A stretch of 26,291 nucleotides of DNA from a bacterium (GTDB taxonomy: Bacteria; Fidelibacterota; Marinisomatia; Marinisomatales; UBA1611): positions 1 to 26,291 of the forward strand of contig JAYPIC010000020.1 of NCBI GenBank assembly GCA_038127595.1. The letters run 5' to 3'. Shown here piece after piece: positions 25,701 through 26,291 of the stretch. Under the pieces are notes generated by a model. That model was not told the DNA's origin and searched no databases. It saw only the letters and a list, made by a program, of their open reading frames with translations. The translations under genes and the position numbers were made by a program. Position 1 is the stretch's first letter. Each line of letters starts with the position of its first letter.

Positions 25701-26291
25701 TTGAACGCCACAATAGTATTCCCGAATCAATTATTCAAAAGCTCACCTGCTCTAAGTAGAAAAAGAAAAATATTTATTTTACAAGACCCTTTATTTTTCT
25801 CAGATATTGAGTATCCAGCATTTTTTCATAAAAATAAAATTCTGCTGCATCTTCTTTCTATAGACTATTACAGGCAAGAATTATCTGACTCTGGGTATGA
25901 TGTGCAAATAATTGAGGTAGAACAATTACAGAATCAAGACAATTACATTTCATTTTTTAAAAAAAATAACATAACTGAAATATATTTTTGTGACCCTGTT
26001 GACTATGTCATAACTAAACGGTTAGGCATTGCTACGAAAAAGTTAAAATTAAAAACGTATAAATATGATACTCCATTATTCATGTTGAATAGCGAAGATG
26101 TTAGGGACGAGTTCTCAGATAAAAAGTTTCATTTTATGGCAGCTTTTTATAAAAGACAGCGTAAGCGTTATAATATTTTAATGAATGATGATGGCTCTCC
26201 GGTCGGAGAAAAGTGGAGTTTTGACCATGAAAATAGAAAACGTTTTCCAAAGAATATGGAGGCACCTGAAATTCCTGCTATAGACTACCAG
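25701..26291 (+). CDS. Cryptochrome/photolyase family protein (CryB/PhrB-like, DPRP N-terminal domain); 3'-truncated
   Basis: Not in the ORF track. GAGGT at 25688-25692, then TTG at 25701 opens 197 codons to the window end. Manual translation gives MNATIVFPNQLF...QDPLFF...FHKNKILLH...FMAAFYKRQRKRYNILM...PVGEKWSFDHENRK. Confidence 0.88.
   Translation, partial: MNATIVFPNQLFKSSPALSRKRKIFILQDPLFFSDIEYPAFFHKNKILLHLLSIDYYRQELSDSGYDVQIIEVEQLQNQDNYISFFKKNNITEIYFCDPVDYVITKRLGIATKKLKLKTYKYDTPLFMLNSEDVRDEFSDKKFHFMAAFYKRQRKRYNILMNDDGSPVGEKWSFDHENRKRFPKNMEAPEIPAIDYQ

Noticed and set aside
1..26291. CRISPR arrays, tRNA/rRNA, riboswitches, IS elements or defence systems
   Set aside because: No intergenic space is large enough, I saw no periodic repeats, and there are no transposase, integrase, nuclease or reverse transcriptase motifs.

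Overview
AT-rich, very gene-dense bacterial window. All 28 credible CDSs lie on the + strand with short spacers or 4-8 bp overlaps, and the first and last are cut by the window edges. I see no RNA genes, mobile elements or CRISPR arrays. Gene style and a dockerin-tailed protease suggest a streamlined marine FCB-group organism such as Ca. Marinimicrobia (inference only). The left block (1-11989) looks like glycoprotein scavenging: GH2 beta-galactosidase C-terminus, sodium:solute symporter, a Cys/Thr-type proline racemase homologue (predicted trans-3-hydroxy-L-proline dehydratase), Tat-exported GH109, GHMP sugar kinase, sugar nucleotidyltransferase, rhodanese, an OCD/mu-crystallin reductase, GT2, and an Arg-gingipain-like C25 protease ending in a dockerin-like module. 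The right block (12047-26291) looks like a lipid/photo-oxidative protection island: MMPL transporter coupled to a tocopherol-cyclase-like gene, SOUL, pirin, YceI, DUF2878-like, lipocalin, a UfaD/UfaO/UfaM-like furan fatty acid triad, a second methyltransferase, a desaturase, two orphan ORFs with their own promoter, an atypical SDR, VOC, glutathione peroxidase and a CryB/PhrB-type photolyase missing from the ORF track. All family calls come from motif recognition by eye, not from database searches.
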